A program made the translations under genes and the position numbers. Shown in pieces: positions 38,601-51,100 of a stretch of 64,000 bases of DNA. Below the pieces are notes generated by a model. It searched no databases, was not told the origin of the DNA, and saw only the letters and a program-made list of their open reading frames with translations. Source of the stretch: Antedon mediterranea (lineage: Eukaryota > Animalia > Echinodermata); NCBI RefSeq assembly GCF_964355755.1, contig NC_092679.1, positions 13,065,432 to 13,129,431 of the forward strand. The letters are read 5' to 3'. Numbering within the stretch: position 1 is the first letter of the stretch; every line of letters begins with the position of its first letter.

Positions 38601-39867
38601 CTTGAACCCTTTTTGTTTTTTTATAAAAACAAACTAAATCAATACAGTACCTTACTGTAGTATCGTACTGGTTTCATACTTAAAACAAATTTGTTTTATA
38701 TGTGCATTTATTTTGTAATTGACTTGTGTGTTTTAATATTAGATTTACCTGGTGTGTGGACACCATCTGAGTATGAAGTTGATCCTAGCGGGCGAAAGCG
38801 AGTTGAATTGGTCTTCAACCTCGCGCCATACAATTTTGATAAGTACATAGTATATTTTACAGAGATGGAAATTGTTGGTTATGTACACGGAACAATTTCA
38901 GGCCATCTATACTGTCTTAGTATATACGTGGTAAGAAAGTATTAATATATTTGTCTTGTTGTCTCTTGAATAATTTCTTATGGTGAGATGTTTATGTAAC
39001 CGCAAGAAATGGGACCAAGCGTCCAGTTCAACTTATTTAAAAAGATTAAATGGCCAGTATTTTATATAACAATGTACCACATTAAATATAGAAAAGAATG
39101 TATGGCTTAGGCTGCCATTATCGTCAAACAGTTCGCAGGATTTTTATTCATCAGTAATGGGGCTTAATACCATGAAAACCTACAATATTGATATAATATT
39201 GAGTAAACATTTTTTTTATCACATATAGTCACAGATCCAGAAAATATTTCCTTTATATGGTTTTAATTTTACATGGCATTTCCTTTTTTAGGAGAACTTT
39301 GATATGACTAACTATACAAAATGTCTAAAAGATGAGGAATTTCAGGTAGGAAACATAGCCTCAATAGCATAAAATATTTCAACAAATAAAATAATTATAC
39401 TTACAAATATAGTAATTATTCATTATTATTCATTCATTTATGCGTTTAGTGTTAACATTATTTAACCTATCCACTCTACCTCAGTATTTCGCAGAGGTTA
39501 GTTTTTTAATAGTAAAAAAAAAAGTTCATACTTTCAGATTCTCTCTCTCTTGTGTAAAGTGGCTAATGAAGATTATCGGTTTTAAAATTAAGTTAAAAAA
39601 CCAGGGAAGAGTTAAATTAGTAATTTAACTCTTCCCTGAAAAAAACTAATTAAGGTTTTACAAATGTTATGTTTATTAATGTGGTATTTTGTAGGCAAAT
39701 TGTCAATTTTATGGATTTTTTTACAACAGTCATTCAAAATTGAGTTATTTACTTATCATTATCTCAACATCCTGTTACAGTTTGAGGTCAGTAGCTGGAA
39801 GGATAAAAACGAAACATTTATACAAGTTATTTGGACTGACATTCCACAGGCTTTCTACTATGTTGAG
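32496..39867 (+). CDS. Interleukin-17 receptor/Sef (IL17RD)-like protein, extracellular FNIII-like region (partial)
   Basis: Eight GT-AG exons join in one open frame: 32496-32550, 32982-33131, 34257-34390, 35820-35943, 38456-38506, 38743-38930, 39292-39345, 39781-39867. Peptide includes [70 protein letters not shown], matching the IL17R ectodomain pattern (cf. IL17RD WKP..VSFDHAPHNF). TM and SEFIR exons were not found in the window. Confidence 0.75.
32982..33131 (+). CDS. IL-17R-like exon
   Basis: TTCCTAG|ATG ... AATG|GTAAGT, 150 nt, phase 1-1. Confidence 0.8.
33590..33910. repeat. ~39-bp minisatellite (TGTGGTTGATCACACAACGTTCATATTATTCATGTGGT), about 8 units, inside a probable MITE relic (~33506-34062)
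   Basis: Direct reading. Flanks CAGGGGCTGATCCAG and CTAAATCTGTGCTTG resemble sequence at ~61459 and ~63160-63338. Confidence 0.85.
34257..34390 (+). CDS. IL-17R-like exon
   Basis: TTTCAG|GTTCT ... ATT|GTAAGT, phase 1-0. Confidence 0.8.
34966..35170 (+). mobile_element. 5' fragment of another HINE-type repeat
   Basis: TACCTCCGCCAAGGAGGT followed by (TCTG/TTTG)-like simple repeat and GTTAGCAGGATTACTCAAA, a common Helentron-derived head (recalled). Confidence 0.5.
35521..35612. repeat. (TA)n microsatellite
   Basis: Direct reading. Another lies at ~40124-40149. Confidence 0.95.
35820..35943 (+). CDS. IL-17R-like exon
   Basis: TTTTATAG|AAACGG ... CCAA|GTAAGT, phase 0-1. Confidence 0.8.
36625..37015 (+). 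mobile_element. 3' end fragment of an L2/Crack-like LINE
   Basis: [17 protein letters not shown] (typical ORF2 tail), then a T-rich 3' UTR, GGGG..CCCC stem and AATAAA. Confidence 0.5.
37402..38179. mobile_element. Non-autonomous DNA transposon with ~37-bp TIRs
   Basis: ATATGTGGCACATGCAAGGGAAATCAGACATAAGTCG versus CGACTTATGTCTGCTTCCCCTTGCATGTGCCACATAT. TA/ATAT flanks. Confidence 0.75.
37702..37770 (-). pseudogene. tRNA-like sequence (apparent anticodon AGT) with an inverted partial twin at 37803-37829
   Basis: Stem CTCGG/CCGAG, A box TGGTCTAGAGG, T arm GTGGG-ATCGAGT-CCCAC, imperfect anticodon stem. Confidence 0.55.
38743..38930 (+). CDS. IL-17R-like exon (start of second FNIII-like domain)
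   Basis: ATATTAG|ATTTAC ... GTG|GTAAGA. Encodes [18 protein letters not shown]. Confidence 0.8.
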
Positions 39868-42567
39868 GTAAAAATTACACCATTAATATTCTTAGATATG
39901 TATTTCCCCAAAAAACATAAAAAATAAAGATGAATAAAATCAGACTTTTAATATGCCATTTATAAATTTTAATATTTACACTAAATTCAACCAAAAACCT
40001 ATTGGCTGGTAGCCAATTTGACTATTTTTGCTTTAAAATACAGTTTTTTCAAGTAAATATTTTTTTTTCAATCAACTCAACAGAACCCACATCCGTAGAC
40101 AAGTCATGACGGAAATTGGGCCTTATATATATATATATATATATATATACAGTTATTATTACCGTAAATAAATAATCGTCCATGTGGCTTCCTTCATCTA
40201 TATATTAATTTACATAAGGGCAAAATTCGGTAAATCGCGCGTTACTTCTAGAATGTTTACTCGATGGTATATAAAGTTGGTTCGTACTTTCGGTACTGAT
40301 TTTAACCACCTGATGTAACCCTCTTTACTAATTAAATTGAGTCAGATAATTAGTTATTGACGATTAAAACGAATTTAGGTTCAACGATTTGCCCCAAATA
40401 GGGGTGTTTTCCGATCGTGGTATACTGTCTAATACATGTCCATCGTGAAAAATACCCGCATACACTGTAAAAACTGGCGTTGTATTTTAACACGTTGTGA
40501 TGTTTAATTATCAACGGTAGGTGTTAAAATAGCATATTATTAACACTTGGTGTGTTATCAGTGCCGTTAAATTTTAACATCATGGTGTTTATAACGATCA
40601 TTGTATTTTAAAATAAAGTTTTACATGGGAAATAATACATAGGCCTATGCTATGATAGGCCTTATTCATTTTAGTGATTTAAAAACATTGGTAAACCTAC
40701 GAATATGAATTTCAGAGCTACGAATATCTCAGATTTTTTTCCTGTTTTGTTATATTTACTCCGTGAAAATATTTTATTAACGCATGACGTTTAAAGTACT
40801 CGTTGAAGTTTCTCACTGTTTAACGCATAGCGCTTGCAGATAAGTCACATGATCACGCGGCGCGCGCGAGCGAGAGGCCGGTTAGAGATTCAGGCGCCAT
40901 TGTTTTCCATTGGTGAGCGAGAGAATCGGAGAAGATCACAATCACTAATCACATCAATCTTCTTTCATCGTATAGGTAATTGTTATCTGTATTTTGAACT
41001 ACTGATAGTTTTTTATCATGTTTTGGTCGTAGTTCGAAGTGAAGGATATTTGTCATTATGGCCTAGCTAGGATCTCCTATTATTTAACTGTAACATAGAT
41101 TAGGCTAGGCCTGATGGACCCGTGTGTTCATCATACTACTTTCTTACACACCGCCGCGCGCGCCTTGGCGCATGTCCTCTCTCCCCGAGTTTATGGTCCG
41201 GTCGCATTTGAACAGTCAGACATTAGAACTAGGCCTAGGCCGCCGGGTATATAGGCACTAGCTAGGCTATACTAGTGTTCAGAAAATCTAGGCTTGGCCA
41301 CCTATAGAATAGGCACTAGGCTAGGCCTATTAGTATTATTAATATGCCTGCCTACTCCTTGCCTGCCGGGCTACCTAGCCTGTTTAAAAATAAATGGGTC
41401 ATATGACCAATTCAAATTTGAGTCCTTACTAGCTAGGCCAGTCTACTTCTAAGGTCCATACATTTTTTTATTAGTTTATCAGGCCCCCCGCGAAATTACG
41501 ATTTTTTAAAATTGTTTTTAAAATGTTTTTAATTTAAATTTTTGTATTAATTTATTTTATTTTGAGGGAGCTGAGGATGATTCGATTAGACTACTAGACA
41601 TCCTGGTGAAGAAGGTTGCTGTTGTCAAAGGCAAAGGTACCAGATCCAAGACCGTCCATGACAATGTTGGAAGTAGGTGATTTTAGTAATAACACATTGA
41701 TTTATGTATAGTTTGATTTTCGCTCCGAGTCTTAATTGTGTAGCGCACTATATAAAAACTGACATTATTATTATTATTAAAATATAATATCCACCTGACC
41801 ATGCATCAGTTAGATATGTCTAAAAGTGACTCTCAATCAAATAAAATAACTGAAAATGAAATCAATTTACATTTCCTTATATTTCAGGTAGAGGAAATAG
41901 ACGTATCAGATGACGTTCTGGCTGAAAAGCTTCATCAAGACAAAAGTCCTCTTGCCCTACGCATGCTGTGTATGGACGGCCGGCAGTACAAAGATATTTA
42001 TTGTTGGTGAAGGGCAGTTTATAAACTTTCAAGGGCACACTGTTCCAAACATTCTCTACCAAAGTAAAAAAAAACGCAAAGCAATGATCGCATTTACAAG
42101 ATCTGAAACAGTGACAAAAATGATTGTTTTTTCATTTTTGTGTTTATTACAGATACTATTTAAGAGTGCTTTAACACCATTCTGTATATAAACATGTTTT
42201 AGCATTAATAAAGTGTTATCCAGTCATAAACGTGTATATGTGTTATTTCTTTTAACGCCTGAACGTGTTAATAATTTGGAACTTTAACACCTAAACGTGT
42301 TAATAATTATGGAAACATTAAAGATCATGGAACATGGTATTTGATGTTTATGTAAAATAGTAGTATTATAGTTGTTCTCCTTGATGGATATTAAACAGAC
42401 AATACATTAAAAGTTTTCAGGACATAATTAAAGTGTTTTCTGCTATTTCGCGCAACTGCTCTCAGTTCACGACTATTCGGGTTTTTTCGGCATTTTCCGG
42501 TAACCTCTGATAGTGACGTCATGAGATGAAACTTTTTCGCGCGCCTGAGCTGTCTGTACAAACTAGG

Positions 42568-44253
42568 ATGTCAACACGTATTGCGTATGATTTTGACAGT
42601 TCTTCGTCAGAGGAATTAGAAGAGGAAACATTGATAGTGGAATGCGAAACTGAGGAGAATGAAGGAGAAACTATTTTGTTTAACAATCGAAATATTGAAT
42701 GGAATGTCGATGAAATTAATTCGGCCGTACATGTACGAGCCCGATTGTAGTTCTGACGATTCTTCATCATCAGAAGATGGCGACGGTGACCGTCCCTAGT
42801 AGGCCTACCTACAATCAAAGAACTTATAACACAAGAATCTCCTGTTCGTCCGAAGCGCGTAACAATTTCGAAAGGCATTGTGGGATAGAATAGAGCTATG
42901 GGTGGCGCCATTGTGAGCCATGGAGTAGGGCGCCCGCATCAAATTAGAAAGTCAAAATCATAGAGGGGTTCTGCTAATGCTCTAGGGGGTATAGAGTAAT
43001 TGACTGAGGAGTAGGGCGCCCGCATCAAATTAGAAAGTCAAAATCATAGAGGGGTTCTGCTAATGCTCTAGGGGGGGCAGAGTAATTGACTTCCTAGTTT
43101 GGAGGGGGCGCTGCTCCATGCTGTGAAATGGCGTCGCCCAGTTTGACCTTTTAACCCTGTACTTCCGATACTGTGTTTTGAATGCAAATTGAAGAACAGG
43201 AGATTCTTGTGTTATAAGTTCTTTGCTACAATTCAAGCAGAGAATATTCAACTTCAAACCCAGCTATTAAATTGGTTAGTAGTACTATCTCTTTTATTAA
43301 AAATTAATGTATAACTTTATTGTATAATTAACAATTCCCTAGTAGATAACTACGATATTCTTCCGTCATGCCAGTGTGTATTGTGGCTTAGTTAGACCTA
43401 GATAGAGGCTAGGCCTAGGCCCTACTGTACTTTACTCCAATTCATGCGGCTAGCCCTCTCACCGGCGACGGTCGGCTATCGTCTATAAGCCTAGGGCCTA
43501 GATTGAATTTTTTTAACGAAATAAAGATTAAATTGAATCGTAGAAAGCAAAAATGTACATTACGGTATTAGACTGACCATTTTATTTAACAAATTTGCAC
43601 TTTGTTGTTTGAAATAGGCCTAGGGTAGGCCTAGATAGATAGGCCCACCCCTATGCTAGCCAAGATGCAGATTTATTTTCCTATTTCACACACAATACAT
43701 TAAATTAATCATTAATAATCACTAAAACTTTAAAAATATTTAATATAGCGCCCTATAAATTGTGACATCTCAGAATATTGTAGCGCTCTAGAGCGCTACA
43801 ATATTATTATTACAAAATATTTTTGTTTTTATAATACAGGTGTGATTGTGGCCATTGCCAGATGCTACCCACGTATCGCGAATGTCGATGTTGCCAGGAA
43901 GTAGGCCCTATTATTTATTAATCATAGGCTGGAGGAAGGTCAGACAATTTACAATACGGAGAAGCCTACATATGCATCACTGAACATCCTGGATTCACTG
44001 CTGCCTGTTTGAATTTGCATGTGTTGGAAATTGCATGGCTGCATTACCGCCAACAGTATGACACACCTGTTGAAGCCTCAAAACATAAACGTCTGAGACA
44101 TATTGCGTACCGGCAACTCGCCAGATGGTGTTGGGGGTTTTTGGGCCGGAACCTAAGGGTAGTCTTACCATCATGTGCCGTTTCCTGCATAAGAGCCCAC
44201 TTCCCACCACAGGTATGGAAGATGATTTCCAGTTTGCTGGATTTTTGGATTGA
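42568..44253 (+). pseudogene. KolX / P2X7 cytoplasmic-ballast-like protein, two exons (42568-43274, 43840-44253), frameshifted
   Basis: Acidic N-terminus with IRPYMYEP motif, W|CDCGHC..ECRCCQE, CITEHPGF..CL, RHIAYRQ..WCWG..RVVLPSCAVSCIRAHFP. Frameshifts, stops and a MITE insertion. Confidence 0.85.
42816..43225. mobile_element. P-element-like MITE
   Basis: 32-bp TIR CAAAGAACTTATAACACAAGAATCTCCTGTTC, 7-bp TSD CTACAAT (42809-15, 43226-32), internal ~70-bp direct duplication. Confidence 0.8.
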
Positions 44254-44648
44254 GTAAACATTTTAGCACCAACTTGTATTGAGATTACAATTAACCACAT
44301 ACAATTATTTACTGCACTTCATAAAGGAAAGTATTGTACACTGTATCTGATAGAAATAAAATGATCAAATAGAAATAAAATATACATTTCTCTGACACAA
44401 TTTATTAAAAAATTATGCACAAAAGTGATTATTTTGTTTATAAAACTGTTGGCTCTGGATTGTGGAGCTGTATCCACATAAACAAATGGCTTTTAATCTT
44501 TCACTAAAAAAACGAAATAATAATTTATAATAAAAAGCATGATGGAATGTATCTCATTTCTTGGAGTATGTATTATACTTCTTATTTGAAGTTGATCAGT
44601 GGACCTTTTGGCTGCTGATTTATTTACTGCATAATGATAATTTTTGCC

Positions 44649-44815
44649 TTAGTTGTTCACATTTGGAAATCTTGTGAAGTGGTTGGCAATAGCGGTCTCT
44701 TTGTCGGGGCGTTCAAATCCTGAACAGAGTTGGGGTGGCGCATCAACAACATCAACATCTTCTGCTGTCTCTTCAACAATGCTCATTACCTCCAAGATGA
44801 GGTCATCCACATACC
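44649..44815 (-). pseudogene. Last exon of a putative Kolobok transposase
   Basis: TTCGCAG| then YVDDLILEV..APPQLCSGFERPDKETAIANHFTRFPNVNN-stop, convergent with KolX. Resembles Kolobok transposase C-termini (recalled). The rest of the gene is absent. Confidence 0.6.
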
Positions 44816-47599
44816 CTGCGAAATAATAATACGGTACTGTAAGAACAAAATCATTTGTAAAAGTGCAATAAGATTATATAATTTATAATTTGACTTTTGT
44901 AAAGCAAATTTCAAATGGTTCAATTTTTGTTCAAATCAATAGAGAATATAGTGCAATCTGTCATGCAACTTACAAATTATTGCAGTCAGCTTGTGCACAA
45001 GCTTTATTTTTATGAGGGCAGAACAACTCCCCACCTGAACTATTATGCTGGGGCTTTCAACACAGTACTACTAGCCTAGGCCCTTTGTGTTGCTGATTTT
45101 AAAACCGAATTAATCACCTAGGCCTACTACTCTACTAGGCCTACTAGAAAGAAGTACTACCTACCTTTTATTTAGTTAATCGACACAACAACTTCAGTTT
45201 TACTAATTTTTTTATTGCGTTTAAAAACACGATAATAATGCATTCGTATAACTGACTGTAACTAACCATTCCAAAGTTTAGGTCCGTAATTGAAAATGTA
45301 AACCTAGGCCTAGGACCATGTATTGTTGGTCTGGTCAATTTCCCCACGACGTTCTTCGCCGCCTTCGCGTTGGTCCGCCTCGCCTTCAGAATCGGTGAGA
45401 TCGGGCTCTCATATAGGCCTACGGTTGAATTAATTGCATTCAATAACACTTTCTTGCGTATCCATAACGTCGTCTCCTTCATCTTCATCAATTTCGAATT
45501 CATAATTACTCTAGTAGCTAGATCAACTTTCGTATGCACTTTGAGGTCCAGAGAATTTGACTTCAGAAATTGGTTTAGGGTGGTCAAACAATCATTTTTG
45601 GCTTGGTTACACATTTTGAAAATGTGGCGAAAGGTCAAAAGGTCAGGGTGAAAGGTCATAAGACCAAACACAAATATGTCCTTAAATCTCAACAACTACT
45701 GGTCACAGCGAAGTAATTTTGGTCTCAAATTGATCAGAAGGTATACATTTATATTCAGTCTATTGGGACATTTTAGTCAAAAATGACCGGAAATGCCATT
45801 TCTGACCTTTGACCCACACCTCAGGGCATGTATGTATCTCCGTAACTACTGATCGTAGACACTTAAATTTGGTCTTAAATTGTTTGAAATAAATATTTAT
45901 TATTTGTAGCACATTTTTAAAAATGTTACAAAAGGTCAAAGGGTCAAGGTCAGAGGTTATATGAACAAATAAAAATAGATACTTGTATCTCGGCAACCAT
46001 TCGTCGTAGCAAGTCAATTTTAGTCTCAAAATGTTCAGAAGGCATGCTTTCATATTCAATCTAATGGGACATTTTAGTCAAAAATTATCAGAAATGCCAT
46101 TTCTGACCTTTGACCCACATATCATGGCATCTTCATATCTCTGTAAGTACTGGTCGTAGAAACTTAAATTTGGTATCAAATTGTTCGAAATATACATATT
46201 TACATTCATTTTAATAGAAAATGTGGTTAAAAGATGAACAGAAATACTATTACTAATGTTTCAAACAAAAAACATATCTCTACATAACTTATCCTTAGAC
46301 AGTAATGTTATGCAATAACTGATACTTTAAATTGTTTCAATTTCAAGTACTAGTTATTGCTGACCCCAAGAACATTGATAGAAACGTCAAGCTCAACAGT
46401 TCTTTTCAGAATGCTAGAAGTAACTTGCCATGTGTATCCGATTAAACTCCCCGGGCATTTATTGTTCAAAGGGGTTTTTAGGGGCAGGGGAGGCATCTTT
46501 ATTTGTGGTATAATATGGTAATATGTATAATCAAATAAATACCACCTAGATGTAAAAAAAAATACAGCACAATTAATATCAAAAAGTGAAAAAAATGCTT
46601 GGTAAATTGTAGATTATGGTAGTTAATGTAATGTGTTGTGATACAATTATTGTGTAAATGCATGTGGCGGGCGTATTCCACATGGTGTTCTATTAGAGGG
46701 AATGGTGGCGTTTATTTGAGAGAGGCTTTTATTCAAAGCGGGTGTTAATTCGAATAAATACTCTAATTTTAATAATTATAATTCGTTTCTCAACTGATAA
46801 AAGGTACTTTACATGATTCGTTGTTTTCTTTATGCTTTTTAACGAAATGTTTCTGTCTTTTAGAATAAAAGTGACACTGTCATAGATAACATTAAATGGA
46901 TCTTCTCTTCCAGGTGCCAGTATAATGATATAAAACAATGACACATCATTATCCTGACACAATTGCACTCATAATGGATCTTCATTCTATCATCTGTTTG
47001 TTTGTGACTACAATTTGACAACAATCTTTTGCATATTTTTAAATGCCAATACATAGCTTCATTACTATTGTACAATATGTCCAGCTTTCCTGAAAACACC
47101 CTTGTGTACTGTAGTACAGTGTTGTAGTATGATTTTATCATGATAACTTCTGATGCTTTTATTATCAATGAATTCAGTACCTAAAACATGTCAAAGTTTC
47201 TAGTGGTATTGATAATAAATCTCCAGAAACATATATTGTTTTATTATCTACACTGGGAACAGACGTGTATAATATACACCGACAAAACTTATATGTAGTA
47301 TATGCACGCGCACATATATATATTATGCGTACTGCGCATATGCTCTGACGAGGTTAGCCTACAAAACGTTCTATACTATTGTTCATGACTACTAGTTGGT
47401 TTCATTAAATACGTTCATTATTATACTCATCTCAACGTACTTATTAATTTGTCTACGACGATACACGACACTGGCGACGAGGATACAGGCACATTTACAT
47501 AGAGAGAAACGGAAGTATAATAATATTATAAAACTAAAGCCTAGGCTAGGTCATTACAGGTCTGTTATAATAACGCACTTAGAAAGATTTTAAGACGCT

Positions 47600-47918
47600 C
47601 AAGGAGCTGTAGTGCTAGTGCTATGTTTGTTGATAACCATGTTCCCTCCTTCTATGAGTACATTCGGAAATCAATTTTTTGTTTCAAAACAAAAATTGAA
47701 AAAAGCTGTAATACTTTAATTACATGTGTTTTTTCTCGTATTCTAAAAGATTCAAAGTTGCATAGAAAATGGACAGAACTTTTGTATATTTAATCTCATG
47801 TATACTTTTACGTGTGTTAACTAGTATCAGTAAAGCCATAATATGTGTTGTTTTTGTAAACTTTATGTGTTTCATATGGACAGTTTGTCTGAAATAAAGT
47901 TGAATTGAATTGAATTGA
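47600..47918 (+). mobile_element. LINE 3' tail in place of most of gag
   Basis: AT-rich segment ending AATAAAG(TTGAA)4, directly upstream of the gag zinc-knuckle remnant. Left boundary is approximate. Confidence 0.5.
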
Positions 47919-48171
47919 AGTCTACGAAAACTTATCAAGCGTCAAACCTAACACGAACGCAGAAATGTGACCGCTGTGGTATGAACAATCATACAAGAGA
48001 TACGTGTAAATACAAAAACGCTACATTACATGCTTTAAATGCAACAAACAAGGACACCTAAAATCAGAATGCAGGCAGTCGAGTAAATCAACAAAACATT
48101 ATAAACCTAAATCCATCAAGCAAGTAGAAGCACCGGATTACGACGAAGGTAATGACGATTTTGTAGATACA

Positions 48172-51100
48172 ATGTTTTGCGTAGGCATTAAGCAGGACAA
48201 TTCGGTACCACCAATAACGGTATCGATAATTAGCTTTGACGATTACGAAAGCAAGCTTAGCCATCTACCATTAAAGTCAGTAAAACGTACACTTCACGCA
48301 TACACAGGTACTAAGCTCGATATAGCAGGAGAAATTAAAGTCACCGTGAACTATAGGGGCCAGAGTAACGTTCTCCCACTGATAGTAGTGAGAACACAGC
48401 GACGAAACTCACCACCCTTGCTTGGAAGAACCTGGTTAGAAGTGATTAAGTTGGACTGGAAGTCATTATTTCCACCATCGCTTGCTCAGAATTCGGTAGA
48501 AATAGATAACGATGTCGGTCAGTCATTCAAACGGAAGTTCCCAGAAGTTTTCCGAACGGAATTAGGTACGGTTCAGGGACACAAAGCGACATTACATCTA
48601 AAAGTGAACGCAATCCCAAAATTCTGCAAAGCTCGAAATGTTCCATTTGCGCTACGCTCCGCAGTTGAGGTAGTGTTAGACAGAATGCAAAACGAAGGAG
48701 TTATTTATCCGGTAGACTTTAGTCAGTGGGCAACCCCATTGGTATGTATTCCAAAGGCCGATGGCAGGGTACGTGTCTGCGGAGATTATAAAGTAACAGT
48801 CAACCCGAGTTTAAATTGCGACCAATATCCAATTCCGACCCCAGAGGAAGTTTTCACCAAGTTGGGAGGTGGAAAGCGATTCTCTAAGATTGATTTGAAA
48901 TGTGCGTACCAGCAGTTAGTACTGGAAGACGAGGCGCAAGAGTTGGTAACGATCAACACGCACCGCGGATTATATCGATACACGAGGTTACCGTTTGGTA
49001 TTTCGTCCAGTCCAGCCATATGGCAGCGATTCATAGAACAGGTGATAGCAGGACTTAAAGGAACATGTGCGATCATGGACGATGTTCTTGTTACAGGTGC
49101 GTCTGATAAAGAGCATATTAGTAATCTTGAGAAACTATTTGAGAGATTTAACAAGTATGGTCTCAGAGTGAAAGCGGAGAAATGCGCGTTTGTACAAAAG
49201 GAAGTAGTCTACATGGGACGTAAGCTATCAGCAGCAGGAATTCAACCGACAAACGATAAAGTGAAAGCCATCAAGGATGCACGAGCACCACAGAATGCAT
49301 CAGAACTAAGATCCTGGCTAGGACTAGTTAACTATCACGCGTCATTTATTCCACGATTATCGACGATGATACATCCTTTGAATGAGCTGTTGGGAAGCAA
49401 ACCATGGTCATGGACTGTCGACTGTAGTAAAGCGTTTAACGCGGTAAAGCGAATTATTAGCGAAGACATGATGTTGACGCATTATGACCCATTAAAACCA
49501 CTGGAACTATACACGGACGCATCACCATACGGAGTTGGCGCAGTCATTTGCCACGTAAACGAGAACAATATCAAAACACCGATCGCGTACGCATCGCGAA
49601 GCCTGCATAAACACGAAAAGGGTTATGCACAACTAGACAAGGAAGCCCTAAGCATCATGTTTGGACTTCAAAGGTTTAGAACATACTTATACGGACGGAA
49701 ATTCACGATAAGAACTGATCATAAGCCACTTGAACGCATTCTAGGACCTAAATCAGCTATTCCGACACTGGCCGCACAGAGATTACAGCGATGGGCAATC
49801 GTGCTGTCAGCGTTCGAATACGATTTAAAGTTCATTCCTGGAAAACAGAACGTAATTGCCGACGCACTCTCACGTCTCCCAATGCCATACGAAGGACGGG
49901 AAGACGATGCAGTATATAACATAGCGGGGCATACATTAGACAATTTGCCAGTCACGAGTACGAACGTACAACAGCATACCAGGAAAGACCCGCTATTGAG
50001 CAAAGTGTTATACATGGTACAGACAGGTTTATGGCAGTCAGAAAACGACGACGATCTAAAACCATTCCTACACCGAAGAGACGAATTGAGTGTAGAACAG
50101 GACTGTTTGCTGTGGGGATACAGGGTAGTGATTCCACCGAAACTCAGAGGGGCAGTTCTGGAGGAGCTCCATTGTGCTCACCCCGGAATCGTGCGTATGA
50201 AAGAGATTGCGCGAAGTCATGTCTGGTGGCCCCAGATAGATTCCGACATTGAACGATTGGTGAAGCAATGTCAAGCATGTCACCAAACACAAAGTCGACC
50301 AAGCGTAGCACCAATGATGCCCTGGATCTGGCCAAATCAGCCTTGGACACGAATACATATTGACTATGCGCAGAAAGATAAACGAGATTATCTAGTAGTG
50401 GTTGACTCATATTCGAAATGGCCAGAAGTCGTTCAGATGAACAGTACGACGAGTGCAGCGACCATCAAAGCGATGAGAGAGTTGTTCAGTAGATACGGAT
50501 TGCCTGTTCAACTTGTAAGCGATAATGGACCTCAATTTGTTAGCGACGAATTTGAATTCTTCTTAAAGCAAAACGGGGTGAAACATGTAAAGGTTGCACC
50601 TTATCACGCCGCAAGCAACGGAGCAGCAGAACGAATGGTTCAATCTTTCAAAAGATCGTTAGCGGCAAGCCGAGCTAATGGGAAGGATTTCCAACAATGT
50701 TTGGACAGATTTCTTTTATCGTATCGCACAACAAAACACGCAACTACGGGACAAACGCCAGCGAAATTATTCATGGGCCGTGAGTTGAGAACGCGAGTAT
50801 CACTTTTACATCCCAGTACAGAAAACAAGGTACTTAACAAGCAGAGTGATCAGAAGCTTCATCACGACAAAACGAAAGATCTACGAGAATTTTACCCAGG
50901 TGAAATGGTATTAGTGAAAGATTTCCGACAAGAGGGAAAGTGGTGGCCAGGTACCGTGATAGAACGTACCGCTCCAAAATCATACGTAATTAGTGTTGAG
51001 GATGGCCGAGTGTGGAAAAGACACATTGACCAGTTGAAAGCGACAGACGCGGACGCTTACGCGAGTAAAACCCCTACTTCACATAGCGAGTTGAAACACA

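Noticed and set aside
45168-46059. ORFs of 175, 93 and 99 aa, and mirror ORFs at 52518-53290
   Set aside because: They run through the non-coding inverted arms and across insertion junctions, with no recognisable motifs.
48786-50840. Several antisense and alternate-frame ORFs within pol
   Set aside because: Shadow ORFs of the long pol frame.
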